From contig CAYNGH010000005.1 of the NCBI GenBank assembly GCA_964396845.1, positions 1 to 52,815 of the forward strand: a DNA stretch of 52,815 bases, written 5' to 3'. Below, piece after piece: positions 8,887 to 19,067 of this stretch (its first letter is position 1; each line of letters opens with the position of its first letter). This DNA comes from an uncultured bacterium (GTDB lineage Bacteria; Vulcanimicrobiota; JAJTBE01; CAYNGH01). The position numbers were made by a program, and so were the translations under genes. The notes beneath the pieces are model-generated. The model was not told where the DNA came from, did not search any database, and saw only the letters and a list, made by a program, of their open reading frames with translations.

Positions 8887-10137
8887 ATGCATATGAACAG
8901 GCTTTTTAAAAACAAGCGATTTCTTTTCTTCTGGCTGGGCCAGACCATATCAGGCATCGGCAACTGGATTAACTTTGTGGGGCTGAACCTGTATGTCCTG
9001 GAAATTTTCGGTGGCGGGGGCATTTTAGGGATGTTCCTGATGGCCCGGATGCTCCCATCGGTATTATTCGGCAGTTTCGGGGGATACCTGGCAGATCGGG
9101 CAAACCGCCGGAATGTCATGATCGCATGCGACCTGTTGCGGGCTGTTATTGTACTGGGATTTCTCATTACCCGCAATATCTACATCTTTTTCCTCCTGGG
9201 AATGCTCCTCTCAGCCCTGGACAAGGTGTTCATATCTGCCAGGGGATCTTTTCTCCCGGAAATAGTCGAACCCGATGATCTTTTAGAAGCAAACGGCATA
9301 AAGGGAATGACCACATCGGTCATCACCATCATCGGCCCTGCGGTGGGTGCAGTTTTAGTCAGCGTCTTCACATACCGGCTGATTTTCATCATCGACTCCC
9401 TGACCTTTGTTGCATCGGTGCTGTGCCTTCTCCTCATCCCCATAAGCCGGCAGACCACAGAAAAGAGGCCCCCATCCCGGGGGATTTTCCGGGAGTTTGT
9501 GGATGAATACCGCACAACCTTTATATTCCTCGGGGGACATCGGCCTCTGTTGTTCCTGATGATGCTCCGTTTCATCGATGCAGTGGGAAGCGGTGCATAC
9601 AACATCGCCCTGCCGATTTTTTCCCGCACTTTCACCAGCCTTGATCTTCCATGGGTATCCCTGGCCCTCAAGGGAGGTTCTGCATATGGATGGCTGGTGG
9701 GGATATGGGCTTTGGGGCAGTTTGCCGGGTCATATGCTGCCCGATGGGTGAGCAGAAGGTTCAGCATAACCCGGGAGAACCTGTTCAGCATCTCTATAAC
9801 CCTTATGGCCGTCGGAATGGGACTGACTTTTCAATCCTGGGGGATTTTGTGGTCCCTGGGGTTCATTTTCTTAGGCGGTGTGGGGGACGGCATATCCACG
9901 GTGGTTTTCGTGACCATGCTTATGAAGGATTCTCCCGACAAGGTCCGGGGAAAGGTATTCGGCACCATAATGTCCCTGATATTCACCGCGGTGGCAACGG
10001 GAATGCTGGCCGGCGGTTGGCTGGCGGATTATTATCCCCTGTCCAAGATAACCATGGGAGCATCCCTGGCCATTATCATCGGGGTAATCCTGGGCAGATT
10101 CTACTTTTTCTACCGGCATAAATCCCCGGCAGGTTAA
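8887..10137 (+). CDS. MFS transporter (macrolide/peptide efflux-like)
   Basis: About 12 TMs, FWLGQTIS, motif A GGYLADRANRR, and RGKVFG. Confidence 0.92.
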   Translation: MHMNRLFKNKRFLFFWLGQTISGIGNWINFVGLNLYVLEIFGGGGILGMFLMARMLPSVLFGSFGGYLADRANRRNVMIACDLLRAVIVLGFLITRNIYIFFLLGMLLSALDKVFISARGSFLPEIVEPDDLLEANGIKGMTTSVITIIGPAVGAVLVSVFTYRLIFIIDSLTFVASVLCLLLIPISRQTTEKRPPSRGIFREFVDEYRTTFIFLGGHRPLLFLMMLRFIDAVGSGAYNIALPIFSRTFTSLDLPWVSLALKGGSAYGWLVGIWALGQFAGSYAARWVSRRFSITRENLFSISITLMAVGMGLTFQSWGILWSLGFIFLGGVGDGISTVVFVTMLMKDSPDKVRGKVFGTIMSLIFTAVATGMLAGGWLADYYPLSKITMGASLAIIIGVILGRFYFFYRHKSPAG

Positions 10138-10193
10138 TGACATATGACTTGTAGAATATGGTAAACTGATATTGTTCCAAAAAGGAGTCAGAA

Positions 10194-11234
10194 ATGGAGA
10201 AATTTCCTTACAATCCAAAAGTGGCAGGCTGGGAGCTTACCCTGGCCTGCAACATGAACTGCATTCACTGCGGTTCTTCTGCAGGCAAACCCCGGCCCGA
10301 CGAACTCTCCCGGGAAGAAGGGCTGGATCTCATAGATCAGCTGATTGATTTGGGATTAAAAGTCATGACCCTGTCGGGAGGCGAACCCCTGTTGAATCCC
10401 CATCTCGAAGACTACGCCCGGCGTCTTTCCGCTGGAGGCGTTGACACATACATGATTTCCAACGGCCTCCTTCTGGAAAGAAACGCCAGGATGCTGAAGG
10501 ATGCAGGAGTCCGGCGGGTGGGAATAAGCCTTGACGGTATGGAGAAAACTCACAACTTCATCAGGAATCATCCCAATTCCTTCGCCATAGCCATGGAGGG
10601 AATCGAAGCAGCCCACAGGGCAGGAGTAATACCCGGCGCTGTCACCCACATATCCAGGGCCAATATCGAAGAGATGGAAGACATGTATCAGCTGTTTAAA
10701 AAAATTCGTCTTAATTTCTGGCAGATCCAGATAACATTCAACATGGGCAGAATGAAAGACCACAGCGACTTTGCCCTTGACCCGGCGGAGCTTCCCCGGA
10801 TTGCCAGGTTTGTTCACCAAAAACAGCAATTAAATAACGGCCCGAATGTTGTACCTGGAGATAACTTAGGTTACTATGGAAAACTGCCCATCAGGGAGAA
10901 AGCATGGAAGGGCTGTTTTGCCGGCAGGCATCTGGTGGGGATTGACGCTGACGGCGCTGTAAAAGGATGCCTTTCCCTGCCCAGGGAATTCATTGAAGGA
11001 AATATCCGGGAAGAACCCCTGAGGGTCATATGGGAAGATGTGAACCGGTTCAAGTATAACCGCTACTTCGAAACCGGAGATCTCGCCGGCAACTGCCGGG
11101 ACTGCCCCAGGGGAGATCCCTGCCGGGCCGGGTGCGTGGTGACTGCGTATTCCGCCACAGGGAACCGATTTGACAACCCGTACTGCCTTTACCGGGTTGA
11201 AAAAATGGACTGCGCCGGAGGAGGATGTTCTTGA
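10194..11234 (+). CDS. Radical SAM/SPASM peptide maturase (splicease-like family)
   Basis: CNMNCIHC, GGEP, SLDG, and SPASM CFAG...GC...CRDC...C.AGC...C. The WELTLAC..GS.AG, WQIQIT..MG and PGDNLGYYG segments recall GDL/nif11-class-3 maturases. Confidence 0.9.
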   Translation: MEKFPYNPKVAGWELTLACNMNCIHCGSSAGKPRPDELSREEGLDLIDQLIDLGLKVMTLSGGEPLLNPHLEDYARRLSAGGVDTYMISNGLLLERNARMLKDAGVRRVGISLDGMEKTHNFIRNHPNSFAIAMEGIEAAHRAGVIPGAVTHISRANIEEMEDMYQLFKKIRLNFWQIQITFNMGRMKDHSDFALDPAELPRIARFVHQKQQLNNGPNVVPGDNLGYYGKLPIREKAWKGCFAGRHLVGIDADGAVKGCLSLPREFIEGNIREEPLRVIWEDVNRFKYNRYFETGDLAGNCRDCPRGDPCRAGCVVTAYSATGNRFDNPYCLYRVEKMDCAGGGCS

Positions 11235-12556
11235 TCATCAATGCTCTGAAAAAAGCCTCCCTCAGGTATCATTCCCGCCTTTCAAGCATCAAGGGAGTCC
11301 CCTGCGCCCTGCTGGAGCTGAAAAACGCTCCCACCAGCTCCATGCTTCTATGCTTCCGGGACGGGGTGGCATACGAAGATGAAGATGAATGGGGAATCTC
11401 ACATTTCATCGAGCATATACTTTTCCGGGGCAACAAGGCATACCCTTCCCTCTACCAGATCAGTCACCGGGCCGAAAGCCTGGGAGGACGTATCTCGGCC
11501 TTTTCAACCCGGGACGGGGTATATTTCTGGATGAAGGCTCCGCCGGGGATGGAAAAAGAGATGACAGACCTGCTGGGAAATCTCCTGACCACCCCGGAGC
11601 TGAGGGATGAGTTCATCGAGAAAGAAAGACAGATAATTATCCAGGAACGGCAACGGGAGATAAACAACCCGTCGCTGTTCACCTCGCTTCTATTGGAAGA
11701 AACCCTCCTCTCACCCCGGCCCATCTGCCGGCATCCCATCGGCAGTACACAGGTGATTGACGCTCTGGATTCAGCAAGCCTCAAAAACCGCCTTGACAAA
11801 GTTTATCACCGGGATAATCTCATGGTATGCGTAGCTGGCTCAATTTCCGAAGACATCACAAAACATATTGAAGAACTTATCGGGAAGTTTCCCGGGGGCA
11901 GTCCACCCCGGCAGGCAGAATTCGAAGTGTTGCCCGATTACTCGTCCCACCGGTATTTTCTCCGGGAGTCCCCTCACAAAAGCCAGGTTTTCCTTTCCCT
12001 GGGCTGGCCCATCACCCTTGATGATGACCGAGAAATATATCCCCTGCGGGTCCTCAATTCACTTCTGGGCGCGGGATATACCAGCTCTTTCAACCGTGTC
12101 CTGCGGGAAGAAAAAAACCTGACATACCTTTGCACCACAGGGCTGAACCTTTATGGAAACCATGGCGTTTACAAGGTGAACATGGCCCTTGCTGATTCAA
12201 ATCTAAAGCCTGCCCTTGAACTTGTCCACGAGATAATCGAAGACACAGGGGAAGGTAAAATCACTGGTGAACAAATGGATCTGGCCCGGATAAAGCACGC
12301 CTCTCACCTGATCTTCAAGATGGAAGACAGCCTGGAGGCATCCCGGATTCTCTCCCAGCGCCTGATGCGGGAAGGAAACCTGTTTTGCCTTCAAGATTAT
12401 ATTAAAACCATCACAGAGGTAACCGCAGAGGATGTGTCGGGAATCTGCCGGAAGAAACTTCCCCATGATAAATGCCGGGTAGTCATCCAGACCGGTTCCT
12501 CCAAGATCCAGAATCACGAATCCATGGGGATTGCTCTGCCGGTCCGAACCATATAA
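11225..12556 (+). CDS. M16 family zinc peptidase
   Basis: Inverted zincin HFIEH, EKERQIIIQE, and C-domain LREEKNLTY. Overlaps the rSAM stop by 10 nt. Confidence 0.92.
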   Translation: MFLIINALKKASLRYHSRLSSIKGVPCALLELKNAPTSSMLLCFRDGVAYEDEDEWGISHFIEHILFRGNKAYPSLYQISHRAESLGGRISAFSTRDGVYFWMKAPPGMEKEMTDLLGNLLTTPELRDEFIEKERQIIIQERQREINNPSLFTSLLLEETLLSPRPICRHPIGSTQVIDALDSASLKNRLDKVYHRDNLMVCVAGSISEDITKHIEELIGKFPGGSPPRQAEFEVLPDYSSHRYFLRESPHKSQVFLSLGWPITLDDDREIYPLRVLNSLLGAGYTSSFNRVLREEKNLTYLCTTGLNLYGNHGVYKVNMALADSNLKPALELVHEIIEDTGEGKITGEQMDLARIKHASHLIFKMEDSLEASRILSQRLMREGNLFCLQDYIKTITEVTAEDVSGICRKKLPHDKCRVVIQTGSSKIQNHESMGIALPVRTI

Positions 12557-15500
12557 AACAAAACTTCCTTTACCGGACAAGAGGTCATTTCTTCCACAGC
12601 TTTTTTATATGTATATGCCTGGGCTGCATATTTATTCTTTAATATCTCCTGATGGGCGGTATCGGCTATATCGGTTTTGTAGTCAACAATGACATACTCA
12701 TCTCCCTCCCGAATCAGAAGATCGATTACTCCCCTGACTGTCATATCTCCCCTATTCAGGATGAAGGGGTATTCCCGGTAATATTCACCGGCAGAAAGAG
12801 CACGGCTGACGAGGCCAGATTTTAATGTCCTCTCCACCATGATGCGGACATCCTGAGTATTCTCCTCTACTCCTTCAGCAGTCACCGCCATATCCAGAAT
12901 ATTTTTCCATCCTTCATTTCCCGTGAGATCAATATGTTCCATGACCCGGTGAAAAGCCCGGCCTGTACGTTTCTGAACCTTGCGATAAGCGGAATCCGCA
13001 GTCGAGCTATCTTCTTCATCGGAGGTATAGCTGGAAATTTTCATATGACGGCTTCCCTTATCATTGGCGGATTTTTTCTCATTTTCAAGTTTCTCCAACA
13101 TTTCTTTTGTCAGAATACCTGCCGGAGGCTCATCCTGACTGGGAATCGTCGGGGGGACATCCAGGGGAATGCAAGGGGACACTTCCCCGGCAGAAACTTC
13201 AGCAATATGAAACAATTCCCGGTCAGAACTGTTTTCATCTGTAATGGCTGGTCCCAGAAGCTCCTGGTAATGGGCAAATTTGGGATTGGCCCGGCGATCC
13301 TTCGATAGGCCGTATTTAAAATATGCTGGAATAATCAGAGTGTTCTTTGCCCGGGTTGCCGCCACATAGAGAATCCTGATGTTTTCAGCCTCGGCTTTCT
13401 TTTTTTCCAATTCATCCTGTTCACTGTGCTTTCGGGTATCAAAACCATGCATGGAGGCTTCCAGTATCCCGGTTTTTGTGTCGATGAGAAGGTTCTCTTT
13501 TTTGGGTTTATCAGTTGCACAAAGGGCCGCCAGTATCACCACGGGAAATTCCAGCCCCTTGGCCTTGTGAATAGTCAGAAGGCTCACCGATTCCCGGGAT
13601 GCTTCCTCCGCCGGAGCATCGGGTTCTGCCCGCTCATCGGCAATGGCATCCTGAATATAACCGATAAACCGCCGGAGGCTCCCACCGGGACGGTTTTCGA
13701 ACTCCCGGGCCATGGCCAGCAGTTTCATTATATTTGCTCTGGCCCGGCCATGTTTTTGAAGCAGGCTGTAAAAATTAAGCAGGCCTGTTTCTGTTAGCAT
13801 CTTTTCCATCAGGCCCCCAAGATTCATCCGATTTCTTTCCCTGTGAAGGAGGCGCAGGGTTTCATATGCCTCTTTGCCAGGATGATTTCCCTCAAAGGGA
13901 GCTAAATAACACAAGGGGACTTCCTCAAGTTTCATCTCCAGCAGTTCCTGATCTGACAGGTTGAACATGGGGCCTTTCAAAACCGCAACAAGGCTCAACT
14001 GATCCCGGGGGTTGTCGATGGCCTTGAGGCAATTCAAAATGTCCCGGATCTCCTGGCGGAAATAAAACAGCTTTCCCCCATAAAGCCGGGATGGGATCTC
14101 CTCCCGGAGCAGAGCTTCTTCATAAAGGGGGATATAGCGGTATTTGGGAAACAGAATGGCAATATCCGACGGTTTGAGGGATCTTCCCAAAGATGAAGGA
14201 TGATATGATGTGTCCACAAGCATCCGACGGATCTGCCAGGCTATGGCTTCTGCTTCTTGAGCACATGTTCCCAGGGTGTCACGGTTCTCCTCCGGCAGGG
14301 TTTCCTCCACAAGGAGAATCAGCGGATAGTCCCCCTGAATCATGCCCCAGGGACTCAGAGGTATGTAATCAGGCTGATAATCACCATCAACAGGAGGGGT
14401 GATTGTCCGGGAAAAGGACTGATTAACCCATTGAATAATTTTTTCGTGACATCGGAAATTTACAGTAATAGCCAGAAAACCATCATCCCCCAGGATTTCC
14501 TTTACTTTCTGATATATTTCAATGTCTGCCCTGCGGAAGCGGTATATGGACTGCTTCGGGTCCCCCACGAAAAACAGCTTTCCCTTCATGGTGCGAACCT
14601 TTTCCCAGGATGATTCAAACTCGTCAAGTTCTTCTGCCAGGTAAAACACCAATCTGACCTGCAGGGGGTCCGTGTCCTGAAACTCATCCACCAGAATCCG
14701 GGAAAATTCAGCCTTGTAGCGTTCCCGGACAGCCCGGTTCTTCTCCAGCAAATCCACTGCCCGAATCAGCAGGTCATCATTGCTCAAAACCGCCAGCCGG
14801 CGTTTTTCCCTTTCCACCTCATCCATGAAGCCTGTCATCCGGGAAACTATACCGTCAAACAGTATCCGTCCAAAGGAATGACGGGCGGATTCTATTTCGT
14901 CTGCCAGCTGTTGAACCATCTCTTTCTTCTGTTCTTTAAATCCACCCCAGTTTTTCTCAACACCGGCTTTCATCCCTGTGACATTCCAGCGGACAATCAG
15001 TCCGGGGCAGGCCTCCGGCGGGGCCAGAAGAATCCGGTTCAGGTAAGCCCGGTATTTGCGGATATAATCCCATCCCTTATCGTCGGGATCACTGCAGTGT
15101 TGATTTGCCAGCTCTTCAAGGGCTTCCACCTGCTTTTCAAGACAATCCAGAACTGCACTGCCATCAAGGGGAGATTCCTTCGTCGGATTCTGCTTCACCA
15201 AATTTCGATTCTCATACAGCAGGTCAAAGAGTTCCCTGTAATCGCTGTTGGCGAGGCCCGATACATATCCCAACCGGATGGGACTGTCGTTATCTTTTAA
15301 CTGTTCCTTGATCCAGGTTTCCCACAGGGGATCGATTATCTCTTTTTCCTCAATATCGTCGATAACAGTAAAAGCCGGGTCAATCCCTGCTTCGAAGGGT
15401 GCGCCGGAGAGAATCTGCCGGGCAAAGGAATGGATGGTGCTGATGCGGTTGTTTTCAAATTCTGCCAGGGCAATTCCGGCATTGTTGACTTCCATGGTCA

Positions 15501-15768
15501 GTTTTTGGTTTTCTTCAACAAACTTTTCCAGCTCCTCTCCCAGCCGGGATACCATCTCCAGAGTCGCCTTCTCAGTGAAGGTGATGGCTGCGATTCTTTC
15601 GATGGGGACCCCCTGCCGGCAGATAAGCTCCATCATTCGCGCCACAAGGGTTGTAGTTTTGCCGGTGCCGGCCCCTGCTTCCAGAATAAGATTCTGATCA
15701 AGGCGACTCCTGGCATCCTGTCGGGCCTCAGCATCCTGAAGTATTATCGGCAAGCTCTTTTCTGTCAC
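12514..15768 (-). CDS. addA: AddA/RecB-like UvrD helicase-nuclease
   Basis: AGAGTGKT, TIHSF, DEFQDT, VGDPKQSIYRFR, TIHKAKGLEF, YVAATRA, and nuclease GVIDL..VDYKT. Confidence 0.9.
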   Translation of the reverse strand: MTEKSLPIILQDAEARQDARSRLDQNLILEAGAGTGKTTTLVARMMELICRQGVPIERIAAITFTEKATLEMVSRLGEELEKFVEENQKLTMEVNNAGIALAEFENNRISTIHSFARQILSGAPFEAGIDPAFTVIDDIEEKEIIDPLWETWIKEQLKDNDSPIRLGYVSGLANSDYRELFDLLYENRNLVKQNPTKESPLDGSAVLDCLEKQVEALEELANQHCSDPDDKGWDYIRKYRAYLNRILLAPPEACPGLIVRWNVTGMKAGVEKNWGGFKEQKKEMVQQLADEIESARHSFGRILFDGIVSRMTGFMDEVEREKRRLAVLSNDDLLIRAVDLLEKNRAVRERYKAEFSRILVDEFQDTDPLQVRLVFYLAEELDEFESSWEKVRTMKGKLFFVGDPKQSIYRFRRADIEIYQKVKEILGDDGFLAITVNFRCHEKIIQWVNQSFSRTITPPVDGDYQPDYIPLSPWGMIQGDYPLILLVEETLPEENRDTLGTCAQEAEAIAWQIRRMLVDTSYHPSSLGRSLKPSDIAILFPKYRYIPLYEEALLREEIPSRLYGGKLFYFRQEIRDILNCLKAIDNPRDQLSLVAVLKGPMFNLSDQELLEMKLEEVPLCYLAPFEGNHPGKEAYETLRLLHRERNRMNLGGLMEKMLTETGLLNFYSLLQKHGRARANIMKLLAMAREFENRPGGSLRRFIGYIQDAIADERAEPDAPAEEASRESVSLLTIHKAKGLEFPVVILAALCATDKPKKENLLIDTKTGILEASMHGFDTRKHSEQDELEKKKAEAENIRILYVAATRAKNTLIIPAYFKYGLSKDRRANPKFAHYQELLGPAITDENSSDRELFHIAEVSAGEVSPCIPLDVPPTIPSQDEPPAGILTKEMLEKLENEKKSANDKGSRHMKISSYTSDEEDSSTADSAYRKVQKRTGRAFHRVMEHIDLTGNEGWKNILDMAVTAEGVEENTQDVRIMVERTLKSGLVSRALSAGEYYREYPFILNRGDMTVRGVIDLLIREGDEYVIVDYKTDIADTAHQEILKNKYAAQAYTYKKAVEEMTSCPVKEVLFYMVRTGRAIPMDS

Positions 15769-18700
15769 TGAATCTCCTTGAGTTCTTCAAAGTCCTGCAG
15801 CCTGCTGTTGCCAACTTTCAACTGGTATATGCCGGCAATATCTCTGGGACAGATGGGACGGTAATCACAATATATGCAGTTTTCCCCGTCAAAGGATCCC
15901 TCCCGGCCCAGTCTTCTCTTGCCGGGATATGGGGGGAAAAACCCTTCCCCGGCTCCATTAACTACAGACACAAGAAGAGAGGTCAGATCATTCTTACGTT
16001 CCTCAACCAGGTAGCCTTCAAAACCGATTTTTTTAAAACCTCCCCTGGGTGTGGCAAAGTAATAAAGCGCCCGAGCCTGATGGAGGCTTTCCATCCCGTC
16101 GAGAAGCCCGTTGAGAGATAACAGGTAAAGGGGAAGCTGAAGCTGAGTACCCCCGGCAAAACTGTCAGAACGGTATTTGTCATACCTGCCGGTCTTGTAA
16201 TCGATAATCTCCCAGCTGTCTTCAAGGGGGCTTGCATCCACCCGGTCGATCCTGCCCCGCAGTTTGATGAATGTATCCCGGCCCAGTTTTATCTCGGCAG
16301 CTGGCAGGGGACCTCCGCCAACAGGATCCCTCATCCCAAAGGATAGTTCAAAGTCCCTGGGAAGAAGCTCCCTTTGCCGGGATTCTTCCAGTATGAATTG
16401 TTCCAGCCCGCGACTGATCTCAACGGTTTTTTCAAACCAGGAAGACTCATCCCCCACAATCCCGGCCTTCTCCACCTGCTCAAATTCATCCCTGGCGATT
16501 CTGCAGATCTCTACGAGGTACTCCTCTGTCTTGTGGGGTTGGAGGGGAAGAAGTCCCCTCTGTTTTAAGTGCCGGTAAAATCGGTAATAAATTGCATGAT
16601 AAAGTTTTCCCCGATCCAGGGGAGAGATCCTTCGAATCTCCTCAGGAGCGGAAATGGGAGAAATTTCCATGATCCGTTGGAGGAAAAACCGGTATGGACA
16701 GGCATGATACTCTTCAAAACCGCTGGCGGAGGCAGGATTAAATATCCCCCGGACTATCCTCTGAAGCCCCGACAGGGTATCACTGCCGGTTACCAGTCCG
16801 TCACTGCTGGTGAGGCTGGAATATACCCTCCGACGACGGAATTCATCCAGAGCCCGGCAGAAACCCGGATCCAGTGATGCCACATCGGCAAGAATCCCTC
16901 GGCTGATGACATCATCGGATTGTTGTCGAAGAGTATGAAGATACAATTCTGGAGGATTCAAAAAAAACAGTTCCCGGCCCTGTTCACAGGGAACCTTGTC
17001 GCCATCGGCATAAACAAATCCCGGCACCTGGCAGAGATTCCCATGATAAACACTTTTTCCTGTAAGAATGGAGCCAATTTTCAGCAGATACCTGGATGGC
17101 ATCCCTTCTCCTCCCGGCATGAAACCTTCCCTGGGATATGAGAAATGAATCCCCCGCCGGGCAGTGCCCAGAAGAAGGGCTGTCAGATAATCTTCCTGCT
17201 CCTGAAGTTGCCTCCGTAGAAGAAGGGTTCCACCCCAGTGATAAACACCATTGAAAATTTCCCTCTCCCGGTCGGACATAAGAGGATTGTCCCGGTGAGG
17301 TGCCGGATACTGCCCAGAAAGCATCCCCGCCACTATGAGATGATCCCCGGTCATTCCCACGGGAACCACATTGATGTGAACATTTACACATCCAGCCATA
17401 TAACTGCCACAGGACACAGGAACCCTGGATACTAATTCCCGGAGAAAACCGGAAAAGGTGTCATAATCCACCGGGGACTCCAGGCAATCCAGGCGGGCCA
17501 GGCTCTCCACCACTGCCACCAGGGATTCCAGGTGACTGTCATCGTCAATCAACTGGCGGATGATTGACGCAAAAGTATCGGAAAAGTACTTCCATTTGCC
17601 CTTTCTGTGGATGTTTGACATGATTGCCGACAGATTCTCCACAACTTCAAGAAGATTTTTTAAATCCTCCACGGTTTCCCGGTGGGATCCCTGCCTCAGG
17701 GAATCCGGTGTGGAATCCGGGGTTTTTTCATAATGTCTTATCAGGGAATTCAGGCAGTTCCTCCAGCTGTAGAGCCCCTTTCTGACTCCGGCCTCCCGGG
17801 AGAGCTGATCCCACCGGGCAGGGGCCGGAATCCTGTCCGGAGGCATAAGACTGTTATATTTTATTGTGCCATCGCATAAAAACTCCATCACTTCAAATCG
17901 GGGAAGATCCAGTGCCACAAGATTAAGAAGCAGAGCCAGGGTCGCTCCGGCGGGAGTTGTGGAAAGAGGTCTGCCCTGGTGCAGGCAGTATGGGATATTC
18001 AAAAAGTCAAAGGTATCGGTGAGAAGATTCTGATACACTTCCCGGTCCCGAAGAACCACCGTTATCTCATGGTAAGGAGTCCCCCGGGAGGCCAGCTGGA
18101 AAACCCTCCGGGCACACTCCAAGGTTTCGGTACGGGTATCGGGGCAGGATGTTATGGTCAGGGAACCGTCACCGGCACAATTACATCCTTGAGAAGAATC
18201 GCCAAGGAAACTATCCCTGACATGCTCAAGAGCTGTCTTTGCCGGGGAGGGATCTTTTCTTTCCTCCCTGGTTTCATAACCGATCCTTCGGAAAAATTCC
18301 ATCACATGATCACTGGCAGGGCTACCATGAATATATGGAAAAAACACAGCACCCGAGGCATATTTTGACAATTCCTGAATCAGCTTCTGCTGGGTCTGAT
18401 CCAGATTGAAAAATCCGTAAAATAACAGATCCGATGCCCTGGAAGCCCTGAAAAAATTACCTGCAGACTCAGCCCCCCCTTTGATAATGTCCACCGCATC
18501 GTAAAAATTTTGCCCGAAGCAATCCGGGTATGCGTCTAACATACTAAAAACCGTGGTCATGCGATCCCGGTCAAAGGCAGGGCCGGCTTCCCTTTCCATG
18601 AGCCGGGACAGGTCTTCGATATCCTGAAACCCTTCGAAACCTCCCTGTCGGAAATCTTTCAAAAGGGACATAAACACCTGCAACAGTCCCCGGCTGTCCA

Positions 18701-19067
18701 TGAATGGCTCCATGGGGGAACCAGGCTTTAATGCTGTTCTAATGGCTCTGCGGGCTGCCAGTTCTTCTCCCATGGGGGGAATCTCCCGAAGTCCCCGGGA
18801 ATAAAGCTCCGCCTCGCACAACATCAGGGCCAGCTGTTTAAGATTCATAACTTTTATCCCCCCGCCGGTCAGCAGGTGGGACAGCTTCCGGCCAAGCCCT
18901 GTGGAAGGGACCGCCACCACCAGTGGTTTTAAGGGATTATCCCTCTTCACCCGGCGCACTTCCCGCAGAAGAGCCTTCTCCAGAGTTGGAAAATCCCTGG
19001 CATAGTAAAGTACCCGGCTGGTGGCCACATTTTCATCAAAGGGAAGATACAGCTGTTCCATGCTCAA
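15765..19067 (-). CDS. addB: AddB-like inactive-helicase / PD-(D/E)XK nuclease with Fe-S staple
   Basis: Degenerate helicase N-half, CPYRFF, RGRIDRVD, IIDYKTG, QLPLY and CIYCDYRPIC. 4-nt overlap with addA. Confidence 0.85.
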   Translation of the reverse strand: MSMEQLYLPFDENVATSRVLYYARDFPTLEKALLREVRRVKRDNPLKPLVVAVPSTGLGRKLSHLLTGGGIKVMNLKQLALMLCEAELYSRGLREIPPMGEELAARRAIRTALKPGSPMEPFMDSRGLLQVFMSLLKDFRQGGFEGFQDIEDLSRLMEREAGPAFDRDRMTTVFSMLDAYPDCFGQNFYDAVDIIKGGAESAGNFFRASRASDLLFYGFFNLDQTQQKLIQELSKYASGAVFFPYIHGSPASDHVMEFFRRIGYETREERKDPSPAKTALEHVRDSFLGDSSQGCNCAGDGSLTITSCPDTRTETLECARRVFQLASRGTPYHEITVVLRDREVYQNLLTDTFDFLNIPYCLHQGRPLSTTPAGATLALLLNLVALDLPRFEVMEFLCDGTIKYNSLMPPDRIPAPARWDQLSREAGVRKGLYSWRNCLNSLIRHYEKTPDSTPDSLRQGSHRETVEDLKNLLEVVENLSAIMSNIHRKGKWKYFSDTFASIIRQLIDDDSHLESLVAVVESLARLDCLESPVDYDTFSGFLRELVSRVPVSCGSYMAGCVNVHINVVPVGMTGDHLIVAGMLSGQYPAPHRDNPLMSDREREIFNGVYHWGGTLLLRRQLQEQEDYLTALLLGTARRGIHFSYPREGFMPGGEGMPSRYLLKIGSILTGKSVYHGNLCQVPGFVYADGDKVPCEQGRELFFLNPPELYLHTLRQQSDDVISRGILADVASLDPGFCRALDEFRRRRVYSSLTSSDGLVTGSDTLSGLQRIVRGIFNPASASGFEEYHACPYRFFLQRIMEISPISAPEEIRRISPLDRGKLYHAIYYRFYRHLKQRGLLPLQPHKTEEYLVEICRIARDEFEQVEKAGIVGDESSWFEKTVEISRGLEQFILEESRQRELLPRDFELSFGMRDPVGGGPLPAAEIKLGRDTFIKLRGRIDRVDASPLEDSWEIIDYKTGRYDKYRSDSFAGGTQLQLPLYLLSLNGLLDGMESLHQARALYYFATPRGGFKKIGFEGYLVEERKNDLTSLLVSVVNGAGEGFFPPYPGKRRLGREGSFDGENCIYCDYRPICPRDIAGIYQLKVGNSRLQDFEELKEIQ

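Noticed and set aside
10194-11234. This rSAM as the maturase of the SCIFF peptide at 28664
   Set aside because: It is 17 kb away and only 346 aa, has no N-terminal RRE, and its motifs fit a different subfamily.
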